DNA of 64,000 bases from Stellaceae bacterium (GCA_050729795.1 JBOHME010000003.1:19846-83845), one strand, 5' to 3'; positions 40,882-53,201 are shown, counted from the stretch's first letter. Made by a program: numbers and translations. The notes: a model not told the origin generated them from the letters alone.

Positions 40882-42034
40882 TCGCCGCCATCAGCGTGAC
40901 AAAGCGTTCGAACAGATAGTGGCTGTCCTGCGGGCCGGGGCTCGCCTCGGGATGGTACTGGACCGTGAACACCGGCTTGCCGGTGATGCGCATGCCCTCG
41001 TTGGTGCTGTCGAACAGCGACACATGCGTGACCTCGACACCGCCGGGCAGGCTGTCGGGATCGACGATAAAACCATGGTTCTGGCTGGTGATCTCGACGG
41101 TACCGGTGGCGAGGTCCTTGACCGGGTGGTTGGCGCCGCGATGCCCTTGCGGCAACCGGCAGGTCCGGCCCCCGAGTGCCAGCGCCATCAGCTGATGGCC
41201 GAGACAGATCCCAAAGATCGGGATGCCGACCCGGACCAGCTCGCGCAACACCGGAGCGGCGTATTGCGCGGTCGCCGCGGGGTCGCCCGGCCCGTTCGAC
41301 AGAAAGACGCCGTCCGGGCGATGCCGCAGGATGTGCTCGGCCGAGGCGCTGGCCGGAACGACCGTGACCCGGCAGCCATGCTGGGCGAGCATCCGCAAAA
41401 TGTTGTGCTTGATACCATAATCGACCGCGACGACGTGCCATTGCGGCGCCGCCAGAAGGCCAAACCCATGCCCGTGCCGCCACGCGGTCTCGGTCCACTC
41501 ATAGGTCTGCCGGCAGGTCACTTCGAGGGCGAGATCCATGCCGTCGATGCCCGGCCACGCGCATGCTGCCGATCGCATCTCCGCCGGGTCGAGCGGTGTT
41601 GTGGGATCGTATCCGACCGCCCCATTCGGTGGCCCGCCATCGCGGATGTGCCGAACCAGCCGCCGCGTATCGATCCCCGAGATGCCGATCAGCCTGCGCT
41701 GTTGGAGCCAGACGTCGAGCGATTGGGTGGCCCGCCAGTTGGCCGGTCCGGTGATGCCGCTGTGGACCACGAGGCCGCGCGCCGTCGGGGTCACGGTTTC
41801 GCGGTCGTCGGGATTGGTTCCGACGTTGCCGATATGGGGAAAGGTGAAGGTAATGATCTGCGCGGCATAAGAGGGATCGGTCAGAATCTCCTGATAGCCG
41901 GTCATCGCGGTGTTGAAGCAGACCTCGCCGACCGCTGCGCCGCGAGCGCCAAAGCCACGGCCCCAAAACACCGTCCCATCCGCGAGAACGAGTGCGGCGT
42001 TGCAGTCGGGCGGTTGCAGCGTCGGGTCGCGCAT
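40874..42034 (-). CDS. carA: carbamoyl-phosphate synthase small subunit
   Basis: The start is chosen at [25 protein letters not shown] (ATG 42032-42034). The GATase triad region is [15 protein letters not shown]. The stop overlaps the carB start. Confidence 0.95.
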
Positions 42035-42242
42035 CTGGGGCAATTCCGCTGGCAGGCCACGCACCGCCCGGTATCGACGATCAAGCGCTGGCCGGAGCCC
42101 ATAGAGATAACCGGTCGCCGTCCCGGGGTCAACCCACCGCCAACCGGAACCTTTCGCGGTTTCAAGCACTTAGAATTGGATGCGCAGAATTGCCGCGAGC
42201 AGGGAAACAGCGTAGTCTCGCGGCCGCCGGGGGAACAGGACC

Positions 42243-42719
42243 ATGCCGATGCTGCGTCAGGCCTTTAGCGACCGGCTCAAAGCGGCGATGAAGGCGCGCG
42301 ACAGCCGCACGCTTGGGACCGTTCGGCTGATCTTGGCGGGACTCAAGGAGCGCGACATCGAGGCGCGCACTCTCGGCAACCGTGAACCGGGCAACGCTGG
42401 CAGCCTCACCGACCCCGAGATCGCCCGGATGCTGCAGGGGATGATCAAGCAGCGGCGCGAATCGATTGGGCTTTACGAAGCCGGAAACCGCGCCGACCTC
42501 GCCCGGCAGGAGCGCGAGGAGATCGCAGTGATCGAAAGCTTTCTGCCGCGCCAGCTGAACGAGGGCGAGATCGAGGTGGCGGTGCGGGCGGCAATCGCCG
42601 AGAGTGCTGCGTCGAGCCTCAAGGATATGGGCAAGGTCATGACGACACTGCGCCAACGGCATGCCGGCAGCCTCGATCTCGGTCGCGCCGGGGCGATCGT
42701 CAAGCGGCTGCTCGGGTGA
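42243..42719 (+). CDS. GatB/YqeY domain-containing protein
   Basis: RLKAAMKARDSRTLGTVRLILAGLKERDIE...MGKVMTTL is the typical YqeY layout. Confidence 0.85.
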   Translation: MPMLRQAFSDRLKAAMKARDSRTLGTVRLILAGLKERDIEARTLGNREPGNAGSLTDPEIARMLQGMIKQRRESIGLYEAGNRADLARQEREEIAVIESFLPRQLNEGEIEVAVRAAIAESAASSLKDMGKVMTTLRQRHAGSLDLGRAGAIVKRLLG

Positions 42720-42852
42720 CTAGCCGGGATCCGACAGGCGCCATGCGCGCGCTCGCGCGCGACCGCCGGGCGCCGGCCGCCGCGTCGGCGGCTGACGGCG
42801 CAGATCGCCAGCGCGGGCCCGGCCACGGCGCGATCCCGGCCCGGCAAGACTG

Positions 42853-44661
42853 ATGGCCTTCCCGCCGGGCTTTCTCGACGAATTGCGCGGCCGCGTGCCG
42901 CTCAGCGACCTCGTCGGCCGCACCGTCAAGCTGACCCGACGCGGGCGGGAGTTTGCCGGCCTCTGCCCGTTTCACCACGAGAAGACACCATCCTTCTACG
43001 TCGTCGCCGACAAGAATTTCTTTCATTGCTTCGGCTGTGGCGCCCATGGCGATGCGATCGGCTTTGTCATGCGCGCCGATCACCTCGATTTTCTCGAAGC
43101 GGTCGAGAAGCTGGCCGGCGAAGCCGGGCTCGCGGTGCCGCAAGCGAGCCCGCAGGAACGTGAGCGGGCACAGCGGCAGAAGACCCTGCTCGAAGCCCTC
43201 GAAGCCGCTGCGGCCTTTTACGAGACGCGGCTGTGGGCGCCGGTGGGCCGCCAGGCTCGCGACTATCTGCGGACCCGCGGCCTCGACCTCGAAACCATCC
43301 GACGCTTCCGCCTCGGTTGGGCTCCCTCAGGTGCCGACGGTGCGGACCGGCAGGGGCTGCACCGCGCGCTCGCCGGCGATTTCCCGGAACCGCTCCTGAT
43401 CGAGGCAGGGCTGCTGCATCGGCCCGAAGAGGGCGACAGCTTCGACTATTTCCGCACCCGGGTGATGTTCCCGATCGGCGACCGTGCGGGAAGAGTGATC
43501 GCGTTTGGCGGTCGTGTGCTCGATGAGAGGCAGCCCAAATATCTGAACTCGCCCGACACGCCAGTCTTCATCAAGGGCCAATCGCTCTATGGCTGGTCGG
43601 CGGCGCGCGCGGCGGGTGCCGATCGCAGCAACCCGATTGTCACCGAAGGCTATCTCGACGTGATCGCGCTGCAGCGCGCCGGGTTCGGCTCGGCGGTGGC
43701 GCCGCTCGGCACCGCGTTGAGCGAATTTCAGCTGCAGGAATTGTGGCGGCTCGGACCGGAGCCGATCCTGTGCTTTGATGGCGATAGCGCGGGTGCACGC
43801 GCCGGCGCGCGCGCCTTGCGCCGGGCTTTGCCGCTGCTGCGCCCGGGCCACAGCCTGCGGTTTGCCGAGCTGCCCGCGGGCGAGGACCCGGATTCGCTGC
43901 TGCGCACCGCCGGACCCGGCGCGATCGAGCAGGTTCTCGCCGCCGCCCGGCCGCTGTCGCGGCTGCTGTGGGAACTCGAGCTCGGTATCGGGCCCGCGGA
44001 CACGCCGGAGCGGCGCGCCGATCTCGAACGACGCCTGATGGACGCGGTCGGGTCGATCGGCGAGCGCATGGTGCAGGCCGAATATCGCCGCTTCGTGCGG
44101 CAGAAGCTGTACGAAACCGGCCGCGTGGCGGGTGCCCCGATGCGCCGCCCGGAACCGGCGCGCCCGACTTTTGTCAGCGACCGCCCGGCGCCACCGCGTC
44201 GTTCGGCGGCCCGCGTGCAGCGCGAAATCCTGCTGCGCATCCTGCTGCGCACCCCGGCGTTGATCGACGAGGTCGCCGAAGAATTGGCCGCTCTGGACAT
44301 TCCGGAAGCAGCGCTTGACAAGCTTCGCCATGAGATTTTAGAGATCGGCGCTTTGCGGCCTGGGCTTGACGCTTCGGCGCTCCGACAACACCTTCTCAAG
44401 GACGGGTTTGCGGCGACCGTGGATACGCTCCTCTCGCCTTCGGTCGATTCGGGCTTTCTGGTCCGGCGCTCGGATTCGTGGGCCACGGCACGCGAGGAGT
44501 GGGCCCATGTGACCGGAATGCTGATGGGAGGTCACCGGTCGGCCTTGGCCGAAGCCAGCAACCACTTGAGCGACGAGGTCTCGGCCGCGAGCTGGGAGCG
44601 CTTTCTGGCGGCGCGCGAAGCAATGCTGCGGGACGGTCGGATCGATGAGGAGCCGGCGTGA
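42853..44661 (+). CDS. dnaG: DNA primase
   Basis: Zinc ribbon CPFHHEKTPSFYVVADKNFFHCFGCGAHGD and a TOPRIM region (VTEGYLDVIAL, FDGDSAG). Confidence 0.96.
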   Translation: MAFPPGFLDELRGRVPLSDLVGRTVKLTRRGREFAGLCPFHHEKTPSFYVVADKNFFHCFGCGAHGDAIGFVMRADHLDFLEAVEKLAGEAGLAVPQASPQERERAQRQKTLLEALEAAAAFYETRLWAPVGRQARDYLRTRGLDLETIRRFRLGWAPSGADGADRQGLHRALAGDFPEPLLIEAGLLHRPEEGDSFDYFRTRVMFPIGDRAGRVIAFGGRVLDERQPKYLNSPDTPVFIKGQSLYGWSAARAAGADRSNPIVTEGYLDVIALQRAGFGSAVAPLGTALSEFQLQELWRLGPEPILCFDGDSAGARAGARALRRALPLLRPGHSLRFAELPAGEDPDSLLRTAGPGAIEQVLAAARPLSRLLWELELGIGPADTPERRADLERRLMDAVGSIGERMVQAEYRRFVRQKLYETGRVAGAPMRRPEPARPTFVSDRPAPPRRSAARVQREILLRILLRTPALIDEVAEELAALDIPEAALDKLRHEILEIGALRPGLDASALRQHLLKDGFAATVDTLLSPSVDSGFLVRRSDSWATAREEWAHVTGMLMGGHRSALAEASNHLSDEVSAASWERFLAAREAMLRDGRIDEEPA

Positions 44662-44796
44662 CACTGGGCGTAACCCGCGGATCCGCCGGTGAGCGCGCCA
44701 CCCGTGGCGTTGCAGCACGGGAAATTCTTGTCTCCGGTATTGGCCCAGCCTGGGGTATTGGCCCATCCGGGGCGAAACCTGTCTAGGGATGGTGGA

Positions 44797-46755
<1,959 letters not shown>

Positions 46756-46881
46756 CCCGGCAGGCTCTGTCCTCCTGGCCGGGGCCGGCAAATTTCCCAA
46801 GCGAATTTTCTGCATCCAGCAGCGGCGAGGATCGGGGTGAGGGGCGACAGCCTCTGTGCACTGTCGTATCCTTTCTGCCGC

Positions 46882-46958
46882 GGGCCCGTAGTTCAGCTGG
46901 TCAGAACGCGCCGCTCATAACGGTGTAGTCGCAGGTTCGAATCCTGCCGGGCCTACCA
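46882..46958 (+). tRNA. tRNA with CAT anticodon (elongator Met or, more likely, lysidine-type Ile2)
   Basis: The cloverleaf folds by hand: acceptor GGGCCCG/CGGGCCU (G1-U72), D arm GUUC/GAAC, anticodon stem CGCCG/CGGUG with loop CUCAUAA, T arm GCAGG-UUCGAAU-CCUGC, and an encoded CCA. The C4-G69 and C5-G68 pairs resemble the E. coli tRNA-Ile2 determinants for TilS. It is not initiator-like. Confidence 0.9.
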
Positions 46959-47005
46959 TCGTCGGGCGGTACTGGCGCCGACACGCCGCAGCGGGGAGGC
47001 CGGCC

Positions 47006-48070
47006 ATGAGCGCAAACCACGCCACACATCCGATCGTGCATTTTGTCGGCAGCGTCTCGCTGCCCGATGCCGAAACCGTGTTTCGGACGCTCGCGGCAGC
47101 GACAGGGCCGCACCTGCTTCGCCTGCCCGATGGCGAGACCGGCATCCGCAAGACCTGGATCCGGTTTTTGCAGCAGGTGCTGGCCGACAACCCGGCGATC
47201 GAGGTCGCGAGCGACGTGCCACCGTTCAGATTTACGCAATGGGACGGAAAGCTGCTGCGCGAAATTCCTCGCCTTCGCCTGCGCCGGAACGCCACACTCG
47301 ATCCCGCAACGTTTGTCACCGGCTATGCCGATATGGCGATCGCCTCCTGGCATCTGTTCGAGCGTTTGCAGGCGGAAGGCGTCATTCCGCCCGGCGTCAA
47401 GTTCCAGGTATCGCTGCCGACGCCGGTCGCTCCCGTCTACAACAACATGGTCCCGGCGGACCGGGCAGCACTGCTGCCGGCGCTGACGGAGCATCTTCTC
47501 GGCGAGGTCGCGAAGATTGTTGCTGCCGTGCCAAACGATCGCCTCGCGCTGCAATGGGATGTGTGCCAGGAGGTGTTGGCCTGGGAAGGGTATTACGAGC
47601 CGGGTCCGGTTGATTTTCGCACCGAGACGATCGATGTCCTGACGCGGATCGGCGACGCGGTGCCCGCCGCGATCGAGCTTGGCTACCATCTCTGCTACGG
47701 CAGCCCCGCCGACCAGCACTGTGTGCAGCCGAAGGACATGGCGATCATGGTCGAGATGACCAATGCGGTCGTCGCCGGCATCACCCGGACGATCCAGTTC
47801 TTTCATATGCCGGTGCCAAAGGATCGCATCGACGACGCCTATTTCGCCCCGCTCGAAAAGCTGCGCCTCGATCCGGCAACCGAGCTCTATCTTGGCCTCG
47901 TCCATTACGATGATGCGGCCGGCGACCTAGCGCGGCTCGCCGCGGCGCGCCGCCACGCCCGGGTGGACGGTGTCGCCACCGAATGCGGCATGGCGCGCGG
48001 CGACCCGGCGCGGATGCCGGCGCTGCTCGCCGCGCATGTCCACGTCGCGCAGCTCGCGGCGGATCGGTAG
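47006..48070 (+). CDS. hypothetical protein (354 aa)
   Basis: ATG at 47006 preceded by GGGGAGG. Coding-like composition throughout. No motif I can assign (a vague MetE/UROD-like impression only). Confidence 0.65.
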   Translation: MSANHATHPIVHFVGSVSLPDAETVFRTLAAATGPHLLRLPDGETGIRKTWIRFLQQVLADNPAIEVASDVPPFRFTQWDGKLLREIPRLRLRRNATLDPATFVTGYADMAIASWHLFERLQAEGVIPPGVKFQVSLPTPVAPVYNNMVPADRAALLPALTEHLLGEVAKIVAAVPNDRLALQWDVCQEVLAWEGYYEPGPVDFRTETIDVLTRIGDAVPAAIELGYHLCYGSPADQHCVQPKDMAIMVEMTNAVVAGITRTIQFFHMPVPKDRIDDAYFAPLEKLRLDPATELYLGLVHYDDAAGDLARLAAARRHARVDGVATECGMARGDPARMPALLAAHVHVAQLAADR

Positions 48071-48087
48071 CTACGGACGCCGCCCAC

Positions 48088-51000
48088 CTAAGACACCTGC
48101 GCGAGCTCCTTCGTCCGGGTCGATTGCACAGCGGCGAGGTGATCCTTGGCCAGGACGGTATAGACCGCGGGCAACACGAACAATGTAAAGAGCGTGCCGA
48201 TCGACATGCCGGCGACGACGACAATGCCGATCGAGAACCGGCTCGCCGCCCCGGCCCCGCTCGCCGCCAGCAGCGGCACGAGCCCGACCACCATCGCCGC
48301 CGTCGTCATCAGGATCGGGCGCAGCCGGACGCGCGCCGCCTCGATGATCGCGCGCCGCCGGTCGAGCTGTTCGCTGATCTGCAATTCGTTGGCAAAGGCG
48401 ACCATCAGGATGCCGTGCTTGCTGATCAGCCCGATCAGGGTCACCAGCCCGACCTGGGTATAGATGTTCATCGTCGCCAGGCCGAAGAACAGCGGCATCA
48501 TCGCGCCGCAGATCGACAGCGGCACGCTGACGAGGATCACCAGCGGGTCACGCAGGCTCTCGAACAATGCCGCCAGCACCAGGAAGATGATGATCAGCGC
48601 GAACACGAATGTGACCGCGAGCCGGTTGCCCTCGCGCACATAGAGCCGCGTATCCGACAAATAATCGTGGCTGAAGCCGACCGGCAGCTTTTTCGCCTGA
48701 GCTTCGAGGAAATCGACGGCCTCTCCGGTCGTGACCCCCGGCATCGGCACTGCCTGGAATGTTGCCGAGTTCAGCTGGTTGTACTGGGTCAGCGCGTTGG
48801 GCTCGGTGTCCATGCTCAGGCTGACAAGGTTCGACAGCGGCACCGGCTGTCCCGCGGCCGATTTGACGTAATAGCGGCTCAGGGTCTGCGCATTGAGGCG
48901 GTCGGACCGCGGCACCTGCGGGATCACCTCATAGGAACGGCCGTTCAAGTTGAAGCGATTGACGTAATTTTCGCCGACCAATAGCGCCAGCGTGTCGCCG
49001 ATCGACTGCATCGTGACACCGAGCTCGTTGGCTTTGGAGCGGTCGATATCGACGTGGATCACCGGCTGGTCGAAATCGAGATCGCTGTCGACAACGATGA
49101 ACATGCCGCTCTTGCGCGCCGCCTCCTTGATTTTCTCCATCTGCAGATAGACCGATTTGTAGTCCGCCGGCGAATAGATCACCATCTGGATCGGCAAGCC
49201 GCCGATCGTCGCCGGCAATGGCGGCAGGTTGAAGACAAAGGCACGCAGCCCCGGAACTGCATTGACCTTTTTCTGGAGCAGCGGCTGCAGCTGCTGCGCC
49301 GAGCGCGACCGCTCGTCCCACGGCTTCAGGATCACACCGGCGATGCCCTGGTTCGGTCCCAGATTACCATTGACGATAAAGCGCAGATAGGTCTCAGGAA
49401 ACGAGGCCAATGCGTGATCGAGCTGATGATCGTAAGCTTCCGAATAGTCGAGATTGGAATATTGTGGCGATTTGGTCAGCGCGAACAGCACCCCTTGGTC
49501 CTCCGGAGGCGCCAGCTCGGCCGGGGTGTGGAGATACATGAACACAATGCTCGCCAGCACCGCGGCGCCAAACAGGGCGGTGACCGGGCGGTAATCGAGC
49601 GAGCGTTCGAGGCGGCGGCCGTACCAGCCGGAAAGGCGCGAGAAGGCGCGGTCGATCACCCGCACAAAGCGCCCGTGCAGCATCTCGCGGGAGAGCAGCA
49701 ATGAGCACATCATCGGCGACAAGGTCACCGCGACGATGCCCGAGATGATCACCGCACCGGCGAGGGTAAACGCGAACTCGCGAAACAGCGCGCCGGTGAC
49801 CCCGCCGAGAAACCCGATCGGTGCATAGACGGCCGCCAAGGTCAGGGTCATCGAGATGACCGGAGTGGCGATCTCGCGGGCGCCGATCAACGCTGCTTGC
49901 GTCGGCGTTCGGCCTTGCTCGATATGACGATAGACGTTTTCGACGACGACGATCGCGTCGTCGACGACGAGCCCGATCGCCAGCACCATGGCCAGCAAGG
50001 TCAACAGGTTCAGGCTGAACCCGAGCGCCGCCATGATGATCCCGGCGCCAACCAGCGACAGCGGGATGGTCACGATCGGGATCAGCACCGAACGCAGGCT
50101 GCCGAGGAACAGAAAGATCACCGCGATGACGATGATGACAGCCGAGCCGAGCGAGGATTCGACCTCGTTGATCGAGGCCTGGATGAATTTGGTCGAATCG
50201 TAAGCGACCCGCATCTCGACCGAGGCCGGCAGATTGCGCTTGATCTGCGGCAGCAATGCGCGCACGCCCTTGACCAAGGTCAGCGGGTTGCCCGACGGTG
50301 TCGCCTGGATGCCGATGAACACGGCCTGCCGCCCGTTCATCATCACGCTCGACGTCCAGCTCTGCGCTGCGAGCTTGACGGTAGCAATATCGCGCATCCG
50401 CACGACGGCGCCGTTCTTGACCTTGACCACCATGTTCTCGAATTGAGAGACATCGGTAAGCCCGGTGTTGGCGCTGACATTGGTAACGGTGAAGTAGCCT
50501 TTGGCCTGGCCAGGCGCTGATTGGTAGTTGTTGGCCTGGATCGCAGCGGCGACATCGCTGGCCGAGATGCCGCGCGCCGCCATCCGCGCCGGGTCGAGCC
50601 ATAGCCGCATCGCAAAGGTCTGACCGCCGAGGATATCGGCCGAGGCCACGCCATTGACCGTGTCGAGCAGCGGCTGCACCACCCGCGTCAAGTAGTCCGA
50701 AATCGCCGCGCTCGAGATCTCGCTGCTCGAAAAGCCGATATACATGACCGCCGTGGTCTGGCCGGTGGCCTTGACGATGATCGGGTCCTCGGATCCGATC
50801 GGCAGCAGGTATTTGACCTGCTGGACCTTGGCCATGACCTCGGTCAGCGCCTTGTCCGGGTCGTAATTGAGCTCGATGTAGGCGACGATTGTGCTCGTCC
50901 CCTGGACCGAGGCCGAGGTCATGTAGTCGATGCCCTCGGCCGTCGCCACCGCCTGGGCGATTGGCGTCGCGATAAAGCCCTGCATCAACTCGGGCGAGGC

Positions 51001-51159
51001 GCCGGGATAGAGCGTGGTGATCGTGATCGTAGTGTTCGACAGCTTCGGGTATTGCCGGACCGGCAGCCCCAGCATCGCCCGCAGCCCGATCAGCAGGATC
51101 AGGAGGCTGACCACCAGCGCCAGCACCGGCCGGCGGATAAAGATGTCGGTGAACGACAT
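48088..51159 (-). CDS. RND-family multidrug efflux permease (AcrB/MdtB-like)
   Basis: Starts at MSFTDIFIRRPVLALVVSLLILLIGL (ATG 51157-51159). About 1020 aa with a 12-TM RND layout. Confidence 0.93.
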   Translation of the reverse strand: MSFTDIFIRRPVLALVVSLLILLIGLRAMLGLPVRQYPKLSNTTITITTLYPGASPELMQGFIATPIAQAVATAEGIDYMTSASVQGTSTIVAYIELNYDPDKALTEVMAKVQQVKYLLPIGSEDPIIVKATGQTTAVMYIGFSSSEISSAAISDYLTRVVQPLLDTVNGVASADILGGQTFAMRLWLDPARMAARGISASDVAAAIQANNYQSAPGQAKGYFTVTNVSANTGLTDVSQFENMVVKVKNGAVVRMRDIATVKLAAQSWTSSVMMNGRQAVFIGIQATPSGNPLTLVKGVRALLPQIKRNLPASVEMRVAYDSTKFIQASINEVESSLGSAVIIVIAVIFLFLGSLRSVLIPIVTIPLSLVGAGIIMAALGFSLNLLTLLAMVLAIGLVVDDAIVVVENVYRHIEQGRTPTQAALIGAREIATPVISMTLTLAAVYAPIGFLGGVTGALFREFAFTLAGAVIISGIVAVTLSPMMCSLLLSREMLHGRFVRVIDRAFSRLSGWYGRRLERSLDYRPVTALFGAAVLASIVFMYLHTPAELAPPEDQGVLFALTKSPQYSNLDYSEAYDHQLDHALASFPETYLRFIVNGNLGPNQGIAGVILKPWDERSRSAQQLQPLLQKKVNAVPGLRAFVFNLPPLPATIGGLPIQMVIYSPADYKSVYLQMEKIKEAARKSGMFIVVDSDLDFDQPVIHVDIDRSKANELGVTMQSIGDTLALLVGENYVNRFNLNGRSYEVIPQVPRSDRLNAQTLSRYYVKSAAGQPVPLSNLVSLSMDTEPNALTQYNQLNSATFQAVPMPGVTTGEAVDFLEAQAKKLPVGFSHDYLSDTRLYVREGNRLAVTFVFALIIIFLVLAALFESLRDPLVILVSVPLSICGAMMPLFFGLATMNIYTQVGLVTLIGLISKHGILMVAFANELQISEQLDRRRAIIEAARVRLRPILMTTAAMVVGLVPLLAASGAGAASRFSIGIVVVAGMSIGTLFTLFVLPAVYTVLAKDHLAAVQSTRTKELAQVS

Positions 51160-51187
51160 GGTCTGGGCGCGCCCGTGAGATCGCCGC

Positions 51188-52420
51188 TCAATGCAGGGTC
51201 GGATAAGCCGGCGCCTGCAGCGGCGGCGAGCCACTGACCGCGACCTCGGTCCCGTTCTGCAATTTGATCTGGCCCGCCGCGACGACCTCCTCGCCGGGCT
51301 TGAGCCCGCTCAGGATCGCCACCTTGCCGCCCCAGCGCGTTCCGGTCTTGACCGGGGTGCGCACCGCCTTGAGGATCGGCTTGCCCTTGGCGTCCTTGCC
51401 GCTCTGGCGGATTACATAGACGCTGTCGCCGTAGAGCGTGTAGTCGACCGCAGTCTCCGGCACGACCATGACGTCGGGCTGCGGCGGCAACACGATTGCG
51501 GCATTGACAAACATCCCCGGCAGTAGCGCGTCATCGGAATTGGGCATCGTCGCCTGGACCTCGATGGTCCGCGTGTCGGGGCTGAGCTGGGGCTCGATGG
51601 TGGTCAGCTTGGCCATGAACACCCGGCCGGGATAGGCGTCGGAGGTGACCCGAACTTCCTGGCCGACCGCGATTTCCGAGCGCTGCTGCGATGGCAGCGT
51701 GAAATTGACATAGAGCATAGACAGGTCGGTCAGGGTCACGATCGGCGCGCCGGCGGTCAGATATTGCCCAAGATCGATCTGGCGCAGCCCGAGCTGTCCG
51801 GAAAACGGCGCGCGAATCAACTTTTGTGCGATGATCGCCTGCGTCTTTTCAATCATTGCATTCGCCTGAGCGAGCTGGCTCTGGTCCTGGTCGACGGTCT
51901 GCTGCGGGGTGAAGTGCTGTTTAACCAGTTGCTTCGAGCGCGCCAGCGTGATCTCGGCGAGCCGCGCCTGCGCCTCGTAATTGGCAAGGTCGCCGCGGTC
52001 CGGCGCGTCGTTGAGCTGCACCAGCGGATCACCGGCCTTCACCTTTTCACCCGGCTGGAAAAAGATCTTGGTGACACGCCCGGCGACCTCGGGATTGACC
52101 GTGACCTGATTGACCGCGACGAGCGAGCCGATGCCGGGGGCAAAGCGCGGGACCGATTGGGTGGTGACGATCACCGCGCTGATCTCGGCCGGTGGCGGTT
52201 TGTTGTGCGCGAAGAAATTGGCGATCGCGTGGGCGCGGAAGCGGTTGAACTCGTAGAGGCCGCCGAGCACGATCACGAGCAGCAGCCCGACGATGACAAA
52301 CCAGCGCACCACGTGCGGCCGCGACGGAGCCGTGCGGTCGCCCTCGCCGCGCCCGCCTACCGCCCGGTTTGTGGTCACCGTGCGTGCCGGGGGCTGCGGC
52401 GGCAGGGGATCACCGTCCAT
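51188..52420 (-). CDS. RND efflux periplasmic adaptor (membrane fusion protein)
   Basis: The start is chosen at MDGDPLPPQPP (ATG 52418-52420). TM anchor VVRWFVIVGLLLVIVLGG, followed by lipoyl/beta-barrel adaptor motifs (GRVTKIFFQPGEKVKAGDPLVQL). Confidence 0.88.
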   Translation of the reverse strand: MDGDPLPPQPPARTVTTNRAVGGRGEGDRTAPSRPHVVRWFVIVGLLLVIVLGGLYEFNRFRAHAIANFFAHNKPPPAEISAVIVTTQSVPRFAPGIGSLVAVNQVTVNPEVAGRVTKIFFQPGEKVKAGDPLVQLNDAPDRGDLANYEAQARLAEITLARSKQLVKQHFTPQQTVDQDQSQLAQANAMIEKTQAIIAQKLIRAPFSGQLGLRQIDLGQYLTAGAPIVTLTDLSMLYVNFTLPSQQRSEIAVGQEVRVTSDAYPGRVFMAKLTTIEPQLSPDTRTIEVQATMPNSDDALLPGMFVNAAIVLPPQPDVMVVPETAVDYTLYGDSVYVIRQSGKDAKGKPILKAVRTPVKTGTRWGGKVAILSGLKPGEEVVAAGQIKLQNGTEVAVSGSPPLQAPAYPTLH

Positions 52421-53201
52421 CGGCGGCCTCTCGATCGGCGGACCCCATATCGGCCGCCCCCTTATCGGCCGCCCCCATATCGGCCGCCCCCATATCGGCC
52501 GCCCCCATATCGGCGACGGCGAATTCGAGCGGATGACAGGCACTGGCGGGCAGAGCCGCGGCGATCGCAGCAGCACTCAGGCCGAAGCCGCGCAGGATGA
52601 ACCACACGGTCTCTTCGGCCACCCCCGCCATCGTCCCCTGATAGGTCAGGCAGGCGCGCGCCGGCAGCAGCACGAACGCCATCATTGCCGCCAGATGATG
52701 GCCGAACCAGAAGCGATTGGCCGAGGCGATCGGACCCGGCGCCATGTCGCCGGCGGCGACCGCTGCCTCGATCGAGGCGGCGAACAACGGATGAACCCGA
52801 GAGAAGATCGTGTCGAACAGCTCGCGCGCGTACTCGCCATCCTCGAGAAAGCTGTGCAGCACCAGCCGCAGCCGGGAGTCGCGCTCGGTGCGGTCGGCAT
52901 CGCCGGCGAGCAGAAAATAGCGCACCATGTAATCGATCATGCGGACCAGTGTCGCGGTCGAGGCTTCGAGCGTTGCCAGCCTTTCGAGCGCCGGGTCACC
53001 CTCGCAGCCGAGCCGTAGGATTTCGCCATAGAGATGCTTTTTGCTCGGAAAGTGGCGGAACAGCAGGGCCTCGGAGATGTTCGCCGCCTCGGCGAGCTCG
53101 CGCGTCGTCGTGCCGGCAAAGCCCTTGCGCGCAAACAACGGGAGGGCGGCGGTGACGATCGCCTTGTGGCGCTCGTCGCTATCCAGTCGTGTCAGAGCCA
53201 T
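52410..53201 (-). CDS. TetR/AcrR-family transcriptional repressor with repetitive C-terminal tail
   Basis: The start is chosen at MALTRLDSDERHKAIV (ATG 53199-53201). HTH segment TTTRELAEAANISEALLFRHFPSK. The tail reads VADMGAADMGAADMGAADKGAADMGSADREAADGR. The stop overlaps the adaptor start by 11 nt. Confidence 0.88.
   Translation of the reverse strand: MALTRLDSDERHKAIVTAALPLFARKGFAGTTTRELAEAANISEALLFRHFPSKKHLYGEILRLGCEGDPALERLATLEASTATLVRMIDYMVRYFLLAGDADRTERDSRLRLVLHSFLEDGEYARELFDTIFSRVHPLFAASIEAAVAAGDMAPGPIASANRFWFGHHLAAMMAFVLLPARACLTYQGTMAGVAEETVWFILRGFGLSAAAIAAALPASACHPLEFAVADMGAADMGAADMGAADKGAADMGSADREAADGR
52416..52520. repeat. 15-bp tandem repeat (about 7 units, 3 perfect plus one 1-mismatch copy) inside coding sequence
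   Basis: CATATCGGCCGCCCC occurs at 52446, 52476 and 52491. CTTATCGGCCGCCCC is at 52461. Degenerate units lie at 52416, 52431 and 52506. In the TetR frame the array encodes D-x-G-A-A pentapeptides. Confidence 0.92.

Noticed and set aside
46959-48070. Genomic island integrated at the tRNA(CAT) 3' end
   Set aside because: There is no integrase, no direct repeat of the tRNA 3' end and no compositional shift. The adjacent ORF has host-like G+C and a normal RBS.
52421-52576. N-terminal extension of the efflux adaptor encoding PIWGR repeats
   Set aside because: This is the same VNTR read in another frame. The adaptor has a good internal ATG (52418-52420) just before its cytoplasmic tail and TM anchor, so the extension is optional. 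The TetR frame has no alternative but to read through the repeats.
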